From Haplodiscus bocki (lineage: Eukaryota): a stretch of DNA of 64,000 bases. Positions within the stretch are counted from its first letter, which is position 1. Each line of letters starts with the position of its first letter. Below, piece after piece: positions 26,401-38,829 of this stretch. A program made the position numbers and the translations under genes. The stretch spans positions 50,902,001 through 50,966,000 of the forward strand of contig OZ296654.1 of assembly GCA_965655095.1 (NCBI GenBank), in the 5' to 3' direction. The notes under the pieces were generated by a model that was given only the letters and a program-made list of their open reading frames with translations, was not told the origin of the DNA and ran no database searches.

Positions 26401-27093
26401 AAGACGTCAACCATTACCCCGGGACAGTCTTGTAATGGAAAATCCAGGAAAGGCCTCCGTAAGACAAATTTCCGGATTTGGAGGTTTTTGGGCGGAGTGA
26501 AACATTCAAAAATACAGTGATACGATTTAAATTTCATATCGAAGTTCTCTGAAACGTTCTTTTAACAGAAAGATAACAACGTCATGCTTGTTCATCCTAG
26601 AGCTGCTTTTCTTGTATCCCTCTTTTGATTTCTTTCCAAGAATAAATTAGTGTATCCGTCTAGATGTGGAAATCGAAGAAAATGAAATTTGGATTGTTAA
26701 TTCAATTATTTAGTTTTCTCTAAGTAGAGCTTTACTCCGTGAGAAAGAGTTTTTTCGGGAGTGCAACAGACCTTTTCTTTGGCATTTCAACAAGAGTGAG
26801 CATGAAATTCTCCTTAGCTGTTTGCAAGCTCATCACAACGATTTTTCAATACTTTTGTCAATCTGGTCGTTTTACTGGAACTCTCAACTATGTTCCTGCG
26901 TTTCTGCTGGTTGGCTAGTTCCCCCTTATTGATCGCTTCGTCTTTTTTTCATGATGTTGTGTTCGACTATCCATACAGAAACCTTCAATTTATTCAATTG
27001 TATTTTGTTTCAAGAGAACTTTTTCTTCTTCCTATCGTTCTCCAATGCTCCTTGCAGCTTTTTATCCTGCCGTCCTAATTCATTTTGAAAGAG

Positions 27094-27683
27094 AGTAGTG
27101 TACAAAAAGCATATGACACCAGCCGCGCCTGCCGCACATTTTAACAAAAAATAAAAAAAATAATAAATCCATAGCAGAGTCCCTACACAGGGGTATAATT
27201 ATAAAACAAAACATAAAAAATAAAATCTAACTACTTATCAACGGGGTAGCACAAGTTATAAAAAAATTAGGTGAAATTATAAAGTTTTGTTGAATTATAA
27301 ACTCCTGATAAATTAAAAAATTAGGTGAAATTATAACTTATACTTTATCAATTATGTGTATGAATAATAAAAAGAATAATATGAAATATACAAATACCCT
27401 GTGTAGGATAATTCTGCTATGGATTTAATATTTTTTTTTTGTTTTTTGTTAATTTGTGCGATCCCTTGCGACTGATGCCATATACTTTTTTAAACACTAC
27501 TTAGTGGTGAAATTATAAGATTCCTTTTTATTAGATAGAATTCTATCATAACATCTTACATTTCTTTCTCCTCGTAAAATATATTTTTTAGAATTTTCAT
27601 TATTTTTGACATGTCTAGTCTTTTCAATTTTTTCTTTTACTTTTACTACCATTTAATAAAAATAATTCCATGGTATACTTTCA
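27094..27683 (+). repeat. Left TIR of element 1
   Basis: Reverse complement of 41305-41890, with many substitutions. Confidence 0.92.
27497..27652 (-). CDS. 51-aa basic micro-ORF inside the TIR (hypothetical)
   Basis: MVVKVKEKIEKTRHVK...YNFTTK; the ATG directly follows the pPolB stop (TAA-ATG); same-length copy at 41336-41491. Confidence 0.4.
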   Translation of the reverse strand: MVVKVKEKIEKTRHVKNNENSKKYILRGERNVRCYDRILSNKKESYNFTTK

Positions 27684-30600
27684 GTTTCATTTATATAACA
27701 TCGTTTTTCATCGAAAATAGATAATGAAGATTTTTTACTTTTGGAAGATACATCTCATGGTTAACAGATCTTAAAATATAATTTTCACATTCTTCTTGAT
27801 AAGTTTCACCTTCTAGACATTTTTTATAATCTTCCAATTTGAAATTTTTCCGTTGACTTTTAGAAAAACTTTTTAATATTATTTTTACTATGATTACCAC
27901 ATTTAAATGCATACACCTTACTTCTTAGACAAATAAGTTCGTCAATCCAAATGTCTGCCGGACTTTTGATTTTGAATTTGCCGATCTTTTGTTTATCTTT
28001 ATTACCAAATATTTTAAGATTTTCATATGAATTACTGAAATCATTTCTATCTCTCAATTTTTTTAAATCTTTGATAATATCTTTTGTATTTACACTTAAC
28101 ATGAAGCTATCAGTATCCATATAGTACAAGTTTAATTTTTTCTGACCAAAATATGGTTGTAGTTTATCATAATATGATTAATCCATTAATAATTTACTCA
28201 ATTCTAACACTAAAACCTAGATAAATCGGTTTATCCGTAAGAATTTCGTTTTTTTTTGAAAGTATAGCCGTCACAATTCTCATATGATTTATGAAAAAGG
28301 GTGAACGTTAACTTAGATTGTTGTTTTATATTTTTATCAGTTTCACCTTTTTATAATGAAATCTGCTTTTAACCGATTACCAACATTTTTCATAGTTTTT
28401 CCATAGAATGCGGTATTTAGTAATTTATAGAAGTCTTCCTCCCTTTCAATTTTAGCTTTATTACCTTATTCAGTACTAAAACATATATATTTTTCCAACC
28501 ACTTATTCTGTCTATATGAAACTATTTCATGAACTTTATCAACCACCATTCCATGTCTAACATAAAATTTTAACAACCTATTATGAAATAATTATTTTTT
28601 TATCAGACCAATCACATGTCAATTTCTTAGTTTGATTATAAGTATCAGGTTTAATTTGTTTCATACAATCACTAAATTATAAGGATTGATTTTTTTTATT
28701 TTCAGGAGCAAATGGAAACTTTTTGATTTTTTCTTTTATATTATCAGGATATTTTAAATCAACTTCAATGAAATAGGCGATATCACTATCATTGGGAATA
28801 CTTGAAACTTCTTCTGATTTAACATTTTTATCAAATTTAACTTCATTGAAGGTAAAGGTTGACTCATAGAATGATCGTATAAATCATTAGCATCTAAAGA
28901 TTTTGTCTTTTTATTTTCATCTGATATAACATATCTATTACCTTTACAGAGCTTATACCACCCCTAATATTATTCTCCAATAACAATATAATTTCTTTAC
29001 TTTGATATGTTTGTAGGTTTATTCCGGTGTGTTTCAAACCACATTGCCAAGTATACCCAGGTGAGCTAACAGAATACAATGGATTAATACCAAATTCATT
29101 CACTGATACTTCTATACCTTTCTCAAAAACACATGAGAGTTATAAAACCTCACTTTTTAAAAGTAGTTGTGTTAGTACTTCTCCATTTTTAATATTAATT
29201 TTTTTGATAATCTCTTTTGTTCTTTTTTTTCTTTGTCACTGGGATAATCACTTTTGAGTTTACTGAAGAAATCTTCTTCCATTAAATTGTGGACAGCTTT
29301 TTGATAATCATCAAGACTATTGAAGCTTTGTTATGGATAAGCAAACTTTTTAGTTAAATACTTCCATTTTTCAGAAAATTCTGTGTCCGAAATTAAATTT
29401 TAAGACCATTTTCTCCCATATAAATAAGTAAAGATTCTTCTTCTTTTATAGTTTGATGTCGAAAATTTTTTTTAGATCTTTAATAGAATCATTACTATAC
29501 CTATCTTTTTTGAATAATATTTTTATTTCATTAACAATACTTAAGAGTTCATCAATATCAACATTTTCTTCTTTCAATTTTTTAAGTGTTTTATGACAAT
29601 CATGAACTAATGTTGTAACTAAAGAACCTAAGCTACTGGATGAAACTTGATAACTATCTGTAAATCTACTAAAACCTTATATAACAAAAGAATATTCTTC
29701 ATTTGTTTTAAGTATATTTTTAAGTTTTACTTTTTTATTTTTTTTATCAACTAACTTTTTGAAAAAATGATGACAATCATAATTTTAAAATTTTGAAAAA
29801 AAATAGTATCAAATGACTTTTGTCTTGAGTAACATTAATATTACAATTACTATGACCTGGAGCTCTATATTTACCTGTTAAGTGACAATGATCTCTAACT
29901 TTATCGGATAATATTTCTTTTTCACAAAATCGATGAATAATATTAGTTTTAACACTTTCTTCATCTTCTTCTGTCATTATGATATATTTCTTAGTGTTTT
30001 TAAAATAGAAAGCCGTTCTATTTTCTATTTTTTTAACCTCATTAAGAAACCAATCTACATTACCATATCGTAAAGGAGATTTATAATAACCACTTTTCAA
30101 AACATCTTCCAATTCAGATATAATAACCATTCAGTCTCGGTTTTTTTTCATCAATATTAGTTGTTTTATTACCTATACTACAATCATCTTTCTCATTATC
30201 AGCTTCAAAATCTGAATATATTGTAAACTATACCAGATTCTTCCGAAAATGTTTTTCCAATGTAGATGAGAATAAGGTGAAGTTCTGATAGTAGGAATAA
30301 TAACTTTTTCACATTTTAGTTCATGTATCTTTAACATATTTTCACTTGTATACAAATTCAAACATTTCTACATATAAGTTTCTTGTTATGATCTTTTAAA
30401 AATACATTTGATTTTTTAATCAGAGCCTAGTCAATTTTGTAAATTAATAAGTCAACAACTCCATCTGATTCGTTTTTACTAACTTCAATAGGAATTAATT
30501 TATGTTTCCATTTATTCTGATCTTGATAAAAGGTTAATTCAAATATAAAAATAGATAAATTATTTATTTCATTAAATTTGTGAACATCACTACATTGGAA

Positions 30601-31484
30601 TCCATTAACGAAATCGAAACCTTGATTGTTCAATTCATTAAAGTATTGTTTATAATTCGAAACTCTATTCGGATGATTGTTTTTACAAGAATGTAAACAA
30701 GCTAAAATTGACAATAAAAAACAATTTCTATCATCATTTCGAATATTCTAGATAGCAGAACTTCTCAAAAAAATTTTACATAACCTAATCCATTCATTTG
30801 AACAATTTTATAAAAGTACACTGTCATGGAATTTATTTTATCAACTCGCCAACCACTATCTTTCATCTCTTGTTGTTGTATTTGTTTTTCTAATGGAGAT
30901 CTAACGTCAATTTTATCAAAATCACTTTCGTTAAATTATGATTGTTATTTAAATTAATGAATAACTCAGTTTCATCTAGTACTTGACTATCTCCATCTTG
31001 TTCATCAAATCTTGTTGAAAAAATTGTTTGATATTTCAATTTATATTGATTTATTAATCCAACACAAATGATAGATAATTCTTTTATGATTTGATTATTA
31101 TAACGATTTTCTATAGCAAATTCAGGATAGTTTGGTTCAATAATTAATTTAGAATTGGCATGATTAATATTATGACTTTCCAGAGTGATTTTAAACCGAC
31201 TTTTAATTTTCTATCGGTAAAGTAATATGGATTAATCATCTTTTTAGCTAATTCTTTGTTTAATTGCTTACCATCTAATTTAATGTTATCTCTTGCTTTT
31301 TGTTTCAATGGTTTAGGATTATACAATTTTTTATATTTCATTTTCAATAGATTCTTGAAACAACCATTCTGGTATTGTCTTATCATTTTTTTTCATTTTC
31401 TAAGTGTTTGTTATTCCTCAATTGTTTTACATAAGAAGCTCTATGAACATCAACATTACAAAATTCACATTTGCGGCTAATCAT
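27653..31484 (-). pseudogene. Protein-primed family B DNA polymerase (pPolB)
   Basis: DANDLY (motif A-like), KLLNTAFYGK (motif B), YMDTDS (motif C), NNIRGGISS, RDHCHLTGKYR; many stops and frameshifts. Confidence 0.95.
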
Positions 31485-31489
31485 TTGAA

Positions 31490-32890
31490 CGTCTCTGTTT
31501 TAATAGTAAGAAATATTTGAAATGATTTATCTGAGATCTTTAAATTGTCTACCTTTACATTACATCATTATTGTTTCGTCCAAGATTTTGATTAGGAGTT
31601 ATAAAATCATTAAAGTTAATATATTCATTTTCATATTCATCACAATTTCTTCATCATCTCCATTTTTAATAACAGTGTAATATAAATCGTAACAATAATT
31701 AATCATATTCTTAACACTAGGCTTACACTGTAAAAATTTCATAAACACTAAAACCTCATGATAAATTTTTCCAATACTTTGAATAATTTTACTAAATGAA
31801 TCTTCTTCAAATTGAAAAGTACCACTTTGTCTTCTATAATTCATTTCGTCATGATATTCACTTATGTTTTAAAAAGTTTTAATTTTATTTTTCCTTTTAA
31901 CTGTTGTAATTTATTAATCATATCTCCTAATGAATTATAAGTAGTTTTAACCATAGAAGAATATATCTCTTTAATCTTTTTGGTAGCATATGGCAATCTA
32001 GTTGATAATGAATGATCTCGCCTAAGAGTTTTTTATCTATCTGATGTTTTTCTTTATGATTATTATATTCACAATTTTTACAATAGTAGCCTTTAACAAA
32101 TTCCAACCAATTATTTCGGTTACAACTAGAACAATAAGGTGGTTTAAATTTAGGTTGTTGAATAATCGATTGTTTATTTTTAGGATAATTTTAAATTTCT
32201 AATTTATCACTGCTATTTTTGTTTACGTTTTGATTTTTCCTAATTTGAGTCTCATTTCGAACTTGATATTGTGTTCTAAGAGGTTGTGGTGGATCTCGTT
32301 TCCGTAAAATAATATTTTCAGTCGGATGATTTTTATATCGATGATCCTTCACATCAACATATTTTTCACCATTAAGAAATTTCATTTAAATGTTTTAAAA
32401 CAGATCCCATCAAATCATAATAATTTATATTCTCATGATGAGATCCATCGTAACAACATATCCATTTCAATAATCTAATACTATCCAGTCCAAATTCATA
32501 GATACCTCTTGCTGACCTTGACCAATATTCTTGTTCAGAATTAGAGTTTTTCTAAGATATCTTTGAATTTATCGACTAAGATTTTGTTTATTTTTAATTT
32601 TTTGTTTTCTAAGGTTGATAAAACTTCGTATGTTTTAATTTAATCATCACTATCATAAATTTTATATACTTCTATACAAATACAAAGAACTTTATATTCT
32701 GCGTATTTTGATCGATTGATAAAATTAATTTGTTTTCTTTGTATTTTAGAGAGTTCATGTCTTCGTTTTATTACATTATATCCACATGAAATGCAAGTAA
32801 AGTCGTGTTTGTTTGGTAGTGACGTATTTCGAGTACAATGCCCACATTGTTTAGCTTATTTTTTATTAATTTCATCTTCTGTTAGTTCAA
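31490..32890 (-). pseudogene. Several decayed accessory ORFs, including a small Zn-ribbon protein
   Basis: ORF fragments 31599-31844 and 32191-32385; CGHC...CISC at about 32640-32890. Confidence 0.5.
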
Positions 32891-32899
32891 TTTGTTTTT

Positions 32900-33771
32900 T
32901 ATTATTTTTTAAAAATAGATTTAGTTCTTTCATAACTTTGTTATTTTCATCAAAAAATAGTTTAGTAGGAAAAAATGAACTTTCATTATATCTCCTGGGT
33001 AGATAGTTGATTCGACATAAAGGAATATTATCGTGAATGACTTCAGTTTTTGTATAGAGCTTATAGCTATAGTTTTTGCTATCACCTTTTGAGAATACCT
33101 TTTTAATATCAGCTGAACGAATTATTTGTTCTAATTTATATTTTGGTTTTTGTTTTACTCTATCATCTCTGTGATTGTCAAACACTAACTTTTCTCTTGT
33201 TTTCTTAGAAGCTTGAATGAGTGTCATTTTTTTGAGCGGTGAATGTTATTATTTCACTTATTTCATTTCTTGGTAACAGATGGTAGTTCAGATGTCCAAT
33301 TAGCGTTACCTTTTAGAACGACTGGTTTTTTTAATAAACTACGTACAGTTCTTCTGACTCGTTCTGCTATGCTAGGACTTTTACCTGTGAATCGAAAGTA
33401 ATGGTGTATGTTTTTACTCTTTAGGAAGTTTTGAAAAATAGAATTATACCGGTCAGATCCTCGATCGCTTTCCAATTTGAATGGTGATCGTTTTGATATT
33501 GATAGAACATTTGAAATTCCTTGGGTTTTTGTTTGACTATTTTTATTTTTCAGTGGTATACACCATAAGTGTTTACTGAAATTATCTGTTATAACAAACA
33601 TATATCTATATCATTTTTTCTTTGAATTTTGTAATCTGAAAAATCTGCTAAATCAATACTCCAGATTTCATTATTATGTTTGGACACTATTCGTTTGGCT
33701 GGATAATTTCTCCTAGGTGGAGTACTGTATATTTCATCAATGAACATTTTGATATTATCCTTCTACGACAT
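32900..33771 (-). pseudogene. Retroviral-like (rve) DDE integrase
   Basis: WSIDLAD / ESDRGS / IAERVRRT catalytic triad positions; C-terminal FSKG..NYS motif; frameshifted. Confidence 0.93.
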
Positions 33772-34424
33772 TTAATTTGATAATTTGATATGCCTTAATG
33801 AGTTGTAATTGATAATCTAAGAAATTAAATTTAATCCCTTTTCGTTGATGATCCTGTTTGAGAAGTGATTGTTTTTTTCCAATTGAAAGCTTCTTTTAAC
33901 TCTTCGTCTTTAGACACATCAAATAAACAAACAGCCCTTTTGTGGTCAATCTCAATATTTGTCCAATTCATCTCTGGAGTCATCTTCCACTCAATCCATT
34001 TTCGATAGGTTTCTGTATCAATACCTAAAATATCTAATGTAGAAGATGATTTTGATTTACCATTCAATGCATGATGGATTCTTCGTCTTCTGTTACGAAT
34101 CAATCGAAAGTTACCATCTGTTTTTCTTCTATTTCTTTCATAAATAATTTGGTTTTCGATTATCAAATCACGATTCTCATCAAAATATTTTTTCTGTTGT
34201 TTGCGTATTTTTTCTCTATTATCTTCATTATATTGTTTCTTATGATTTTAATTTTATTCACTTTTTTTGTCTCTCCATTTTTTCTGTTCAGTGCTACAAC
34301 ACTATACACATTCACTCCTATATTGTCCATTGGTGTTTCTAAAATGAAAATTTGTTTTCATTTTTACACTTCCACATTCAGAACAGAGTTTTTTAATCTG
34401 ACTTTCTACAATTTGGTTATTCAT
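33755..34424 (-). pseudogene. Zn-finger + HNH-type endonuclease
   Basis: N-terminal CSEC...(C)xxC; C-terminal LG...MTPEMNWTNIEIDH...FD...AFNW and, after a frameshift, QSLLKQDHQRKG; resembles viral HNH/endonuclease-VII-like proteins. Confidence 0.7.
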
Positions 34425-34458
34425 TTACTTAGTATATTATCTTTGAAATAAATTATAT

Positions 34459-34882
34459 CACATCATTCTCAATCTAAATCCATTACCATGAAGATCTGGT
34501 AAATTTGAATTTTTCCACCTGTTATTGATTTTGAAATATTATTCGCTCTATGAGCTAACTGCGGATTCTTTTTTCTTAAAGCTACAGCGGACGATATCAA
34601 TGGTGTTGCCATTTTTGAACCTCGTTCAAAAAATTTAACCCAAGCTTTTTTTGCTCCTCTGAAAAATGCTTCGAATTTACTTTTCATTGATCCACTCTCG
34701 AGCATATATTGGCGTGGTGTGAAGATAAATGTCTTCTGACAATTACATTTAGGATTAGGACATTTAATAAGTAGTTTTAATATATCACTTTTTTTAAAGT
34801 CACACCACGCTGAGTTTGACATAGATGAACAACGATTATTCTTGCAATTTCCTTTTTTGAAATTATCTTCGCTTTTAGTCAT
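34459..34882 (-). pseudogene. Cys-rich/basic putative virion protein with an amphipathic helix and adenain-type cleavage sites
   Basis: SMKSKFEAFFRGAKKAWVKFF helix; ITGG; frameshifted C-terminus LHGNGFRLRMM. Confidence 0.5.
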
Positions 34883-35097
34883 TTACTTTGTAAAATTTTG
34901 TGAATTTGTTTCCTCCACAAATACTACAAGTACATTTTATGATTTTAGCAAGTTTTTTAGTCTTAGTGTTTTACTTTTTTTTATACAAATTGACTTATTG
35001 TCTGGCTATAATGGCAACCTCCCAAACAAGAGCTTCGATTTGATATCAATTTTTTAACAAAATTTATTCGTATAAAAGAGGAGCACTCAGAGACTAA

Positions 35098-35761
35098 TCA
35101 ATATTTTTCTCTTTTTAGGTATAAAAAGTTAAAATTATTTTTTATGTTTATGTTCACATTATTTCCGCTAAAATTATTTATTTCAGTTATTTGTTCTTTA
35201 CTGAAAATATCTTTATTCATAACATCACCGAAAACATCTTCAACTTTCAATCCAGTGTCTTTCATAATTTCTTTTCTTTTATCAAGGTAGTGAACAAAAA
35301 TCATTTTTAGTTCTTCAGCTTCTTTTTCATCAATTCTTTTATCTATCATCGATTGTTCTGAAGTTTTCTCGTATAACAATGTAATGACATTAAGCCAATC
35401 TTGTCGCTTTGTATATCGTATTCTCATTTTACTATTATTTTCGTTGGCTTTTAATATAGCAATACTAAATAGTAAAGCAGTACTACTCGATTTAATATTA
35501 CCAGCACCAGGATTAATCAAACCCATACTTAAAGTTCCAACTGTCGAAGCACTACCATCAAGAATTTCAGTGATAACTAACAATACTTTGTTTTTTTAAA
35601 ACTATTATACTTCTTATAATCTTCATTATCACTTTTAGGTGATTTTAAAATTTTTTCATGATCGTGTTTATCCATTTGACATTTTAAGTTTTTAATTTCG
35701 TAATTCTTGTTTTTATCCTCGATAAATCTGGTTCATTATTCAAATTGGATAGTGTACTCAT
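35098..35761 (-). pseudogene. Polinton-type membrane protein (hydrophobic hairpin followed by D..I...E motif)
   Basis: Hydrophobic segment LVITEILDGS...ALLFSIAIL followed by SMIDKRIDEKEAEEL. Confidence 0.5.
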
Positions 35762-36169
35762 TTTTAATTAAAAAACTGTTTTTCTAACAGATCCATTGCA
35801 ACATACTCCTTAAGATTCCGCTGAAGAAATGTTTTTTTTTCAAGAGCAGTATCTTTTATTATACTCACTTCGTTATCAGTAAATCTAAATTATTTCAATA
35901 TATCAAGTTCTGCTAGGCTCAGTTTTAAAGTAGGAGCTTTTTCGTATCTGACATTTTCAAAGAGATTGGAAACGAAATCTTTCATTTACTTCTTCAAAAT
36001 CTTTTCAAAAATACCTTCTTCTTGATTTTTAACTTAAGATAAGTTTTTTTTCATGTTGTTCAAAAAATGTATTTTTAGACTCTAAAGATATTTGTTCAGT
36101 AGCAATTTTACTGAATCCTATTTCCTATAAAATTTTTTCAGCATCTTTAATTAAAAATATTATTGAAAC

Positions 36170-36585
36170 AATCTTTCTATAATCCTTAATTGATTCGTAC
36201 ATATGGTAATATAGTAATAATTTATTCTTTCAATTAAAAAGAAAAAATATAAACAATATGAACCACATGATTTAGAATTTGTATCTTGTGTTTTATAATT
36301 ATGATATATTTTCTGTTTAGGTAATTGAGTTAGTAAAAATTTATCAGGAGCTCCACCAAAACTATCACATTATTAGGATTTGTTATCTTTTATTTTAAAA
36401 CAAGTCCAATGAGTTCCACCATGACTACCATTATCTATAATTACGAATCCTTTGTCTGAAAAAATTGTTGAATCTCTGGAATGTATAGGATAATCATAAA
36501 CTCTTTGTAAATTATTTCCTTCATAATATTTTTTTTAAAGTATATTTTTTTTCGTAAAATCTTCAAAATTTAATAGTTTCGTTTT
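36170..36585 (-). pseudogene. Adenain-like (C5) cysteine protease
   Basis: Hand translation GGTHWTCF...DSFGG...QDTNSKSCGSYCLYFF gives His, Asp, Gln and Cys; in-frame stops. Confidence 0.92.
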
Positions 36586-36590
36586 AATAT

Positions 36591-37873
36591 TTATTTACCT
36601 TCTATTATCTTATTTGCATCTGAAATCATTTCAATTTGTCTATGTCTGATTAATATAACAAATAACATCGCATTAACATTAGCAGGATCAGTATTAAATT
36701 CTTCAAACAGTTGAATTTTTTGGGAGTTATTTGATCTACTTGATTTCTAAGATCTTTTACTTGAACAGGATATTTGTTTTGCATGTCATTATAACTTATA
36801 AAAGGATTCATCAATTCTTCTCTAACGTATTCTTTATATAAAAATTTTAGGTCTCTTTATTGATCTAGATAATCTTTTCCGGGAAAATTTGAGAGAACAG
36901 CGTCCTTTGGATATCTATAACCATCTCTTTCAATAAAAAGATTTTTTTCCATTGACATTATCGAAAATTGGTATATTGGTATTTTTTTATCAGGTGCAGC
37001 TATTCTATCAGCTGCTTGAAAACTAGCGACCAAACTTTTGGGACTATTAACATGTTGGGCAGCACCAAAATCGACTTGAAGTTCATTACCATCTGTTGAT
37101 AGTTTACGTTCTGTATACCATGAATCACATGTGCTTATATAACTATTTTTATTAGATTCATTAAACATAACTTGTGTTTCAGTATTTGGAATCAATATAG
37201 GGACAAACAAATATAAACTATTAACTGTCACAGTAATATCATCACCTACTGTTGTGAATATAAAATCTTGTAAGTCATTTGTTCTAAACGTTAAATGAAA
37301 ACCAAGGTTTTTAGTAACCTTTTTAAAAGTTTAACAAAAACCATATATATGTTCTAAAGGAAGTTGACTTTTAATTTTTCCTCGATTGCCTTCTCTGTGA
37401 TTGTTATTAAGCGTTTGTTTTAACGAGGTGTTGTTGCTCCCATTTTGTGTTCCATCAATATTATCGAAATGTGATAACAATTTGCCATCTTTACTAGTTA
37501 AAGCTCTCAAAATGGTGGATAATTGTCCCAAAAAATTGACTTACTCAATCTCCGTGCCTCCGGTAATCGATATTTTTCCTTCCTTAAAACAATATGCGTA
37601 TGCGTTGTTCACCAATCTCAATACTTTGTTTGTAGCAGGATCGCTGGTAAAGTTGAAATTGTTACCAATCGCTTTACGTGATGTTATATCAAAACCAAGA
37701 TGAGAATTACCAATTTGATGATGAATATTTTTTTTACCGAATATGAATTCAACATTTTGATCAGGGTCGTTCAATAAAGCAGCTTGTTGATGATATATTT
37801 TCAAAAAATCTCGTTTTACAATAGAATTATCAATTGGTTTGTTATCTATTAATTGATAATCTTCTAAGTTCTT
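36591..37873 (-). pseudogene. Major capsid protein (double jelly-roll type)
   Basis: About 425 codons across ORF fragments 37541, 37331 and 36857; LVNNAYAYCFKE, LPLEHIYGFC, DGYRYP; position beside the protease. Confidence 0.8.
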
Positions 37874-38024
37874 TATATACTGAAAAACCGGATCCTGATA
37901 ATAGTTTCTGTTTAAATGCTTGTAGATGTGGAAGTAATGATTGTTTAGTAATATTCACTTCTTGTTTAATTTTAGGTTTATTTTTATTAGTATATAATTT
38001 CGATTTTCTTAGTGTTTCAAGCAT
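37842..38024 (-). CDS. Small basic protein with a C-terminal LSGSG adenain-type site
   Basis: ORF track, 60 aa, between the minor and major capsid genes. Confidence 0.45.
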   Translation of the reverse strand: MLETLRKSKLYTNKNKPKIKQEVNITKQSLLPHLQAFKQKLLSGSGFSVYKELRRLSINR

Positions 38025-38039
38025 TTATTATGTTAAAAT

Positions 38040-38826
38040 TCAAATTTCCTTGATTGATAATCTAAAAGAGATACTTTAACCGTTGAATGATACCAATTCG
38101 TTCTTTTCATTTAAAAATTTGAAAGCAATGTTTGAAATAACATCTTTCGTTTCTGCCATATACCAAGTAATGCCTCCCGAAAATTTTTCTACATATTTAA
38201 AATCAGGATCAACTGTTAATGTCCAATTATGTATGATACCACTTCTCCTACCTTTGAAAATCATTCCTCTAGCAATATCACATTCAAGAAAAATTTTATC
38301 AAATGATAAGGTATCAACAGGATTGGGTGATAGATTATATTCTTTGTATAAATTAGTCTCATGAAAACCTAGAAGATTTATAATACTAATATCAAACCCA
38401 AAACTGACTATGGGTCCTTGAGGTGATGTTTCTATAACACTACCTAATGTACTAAAATTTGGATTTATCGTGAACGGATATTCATCTTCAGTATAATGAC
38501 CTTAATCAAAAACAATCATTTTAATTTCTAAACTCAGGCTTTCTATTTCGTAAGCACCTAGAGGTATAGTAATTTGAAAAAAAAACTTCTTCGTTAGTAA
38601 TTGTTTTCTTGAAATAGAACTTAATATTTGAATTTTTTACATTGAAAATGCCGTTATATCCAGTTAGAAAGTTCACAGCTATTTTAAATTGTTTATCATT
38701 AGTTTGTAATGCTTGAGATAAATGCTCTTCGTGTGTACTTTTGTGCATAACTATTAACTTAAGCTCTTCGATTTTAGGTCTTGTATTAAATGCTGTTTGT
38801 TCTAGTAACTTACTGGGAAGTTCTAT
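38040..38826 (-). pseudogene. Minor capsid protein (penton-like)
   Basis: IPLGAYEIESL, DKIFLECDIARG, LNEKNELVSFNG pattern typical of Polinton minor capsid proteins; about 260 codons. Confidence 0.75.
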
Positions 38827-38829
38827 TTT

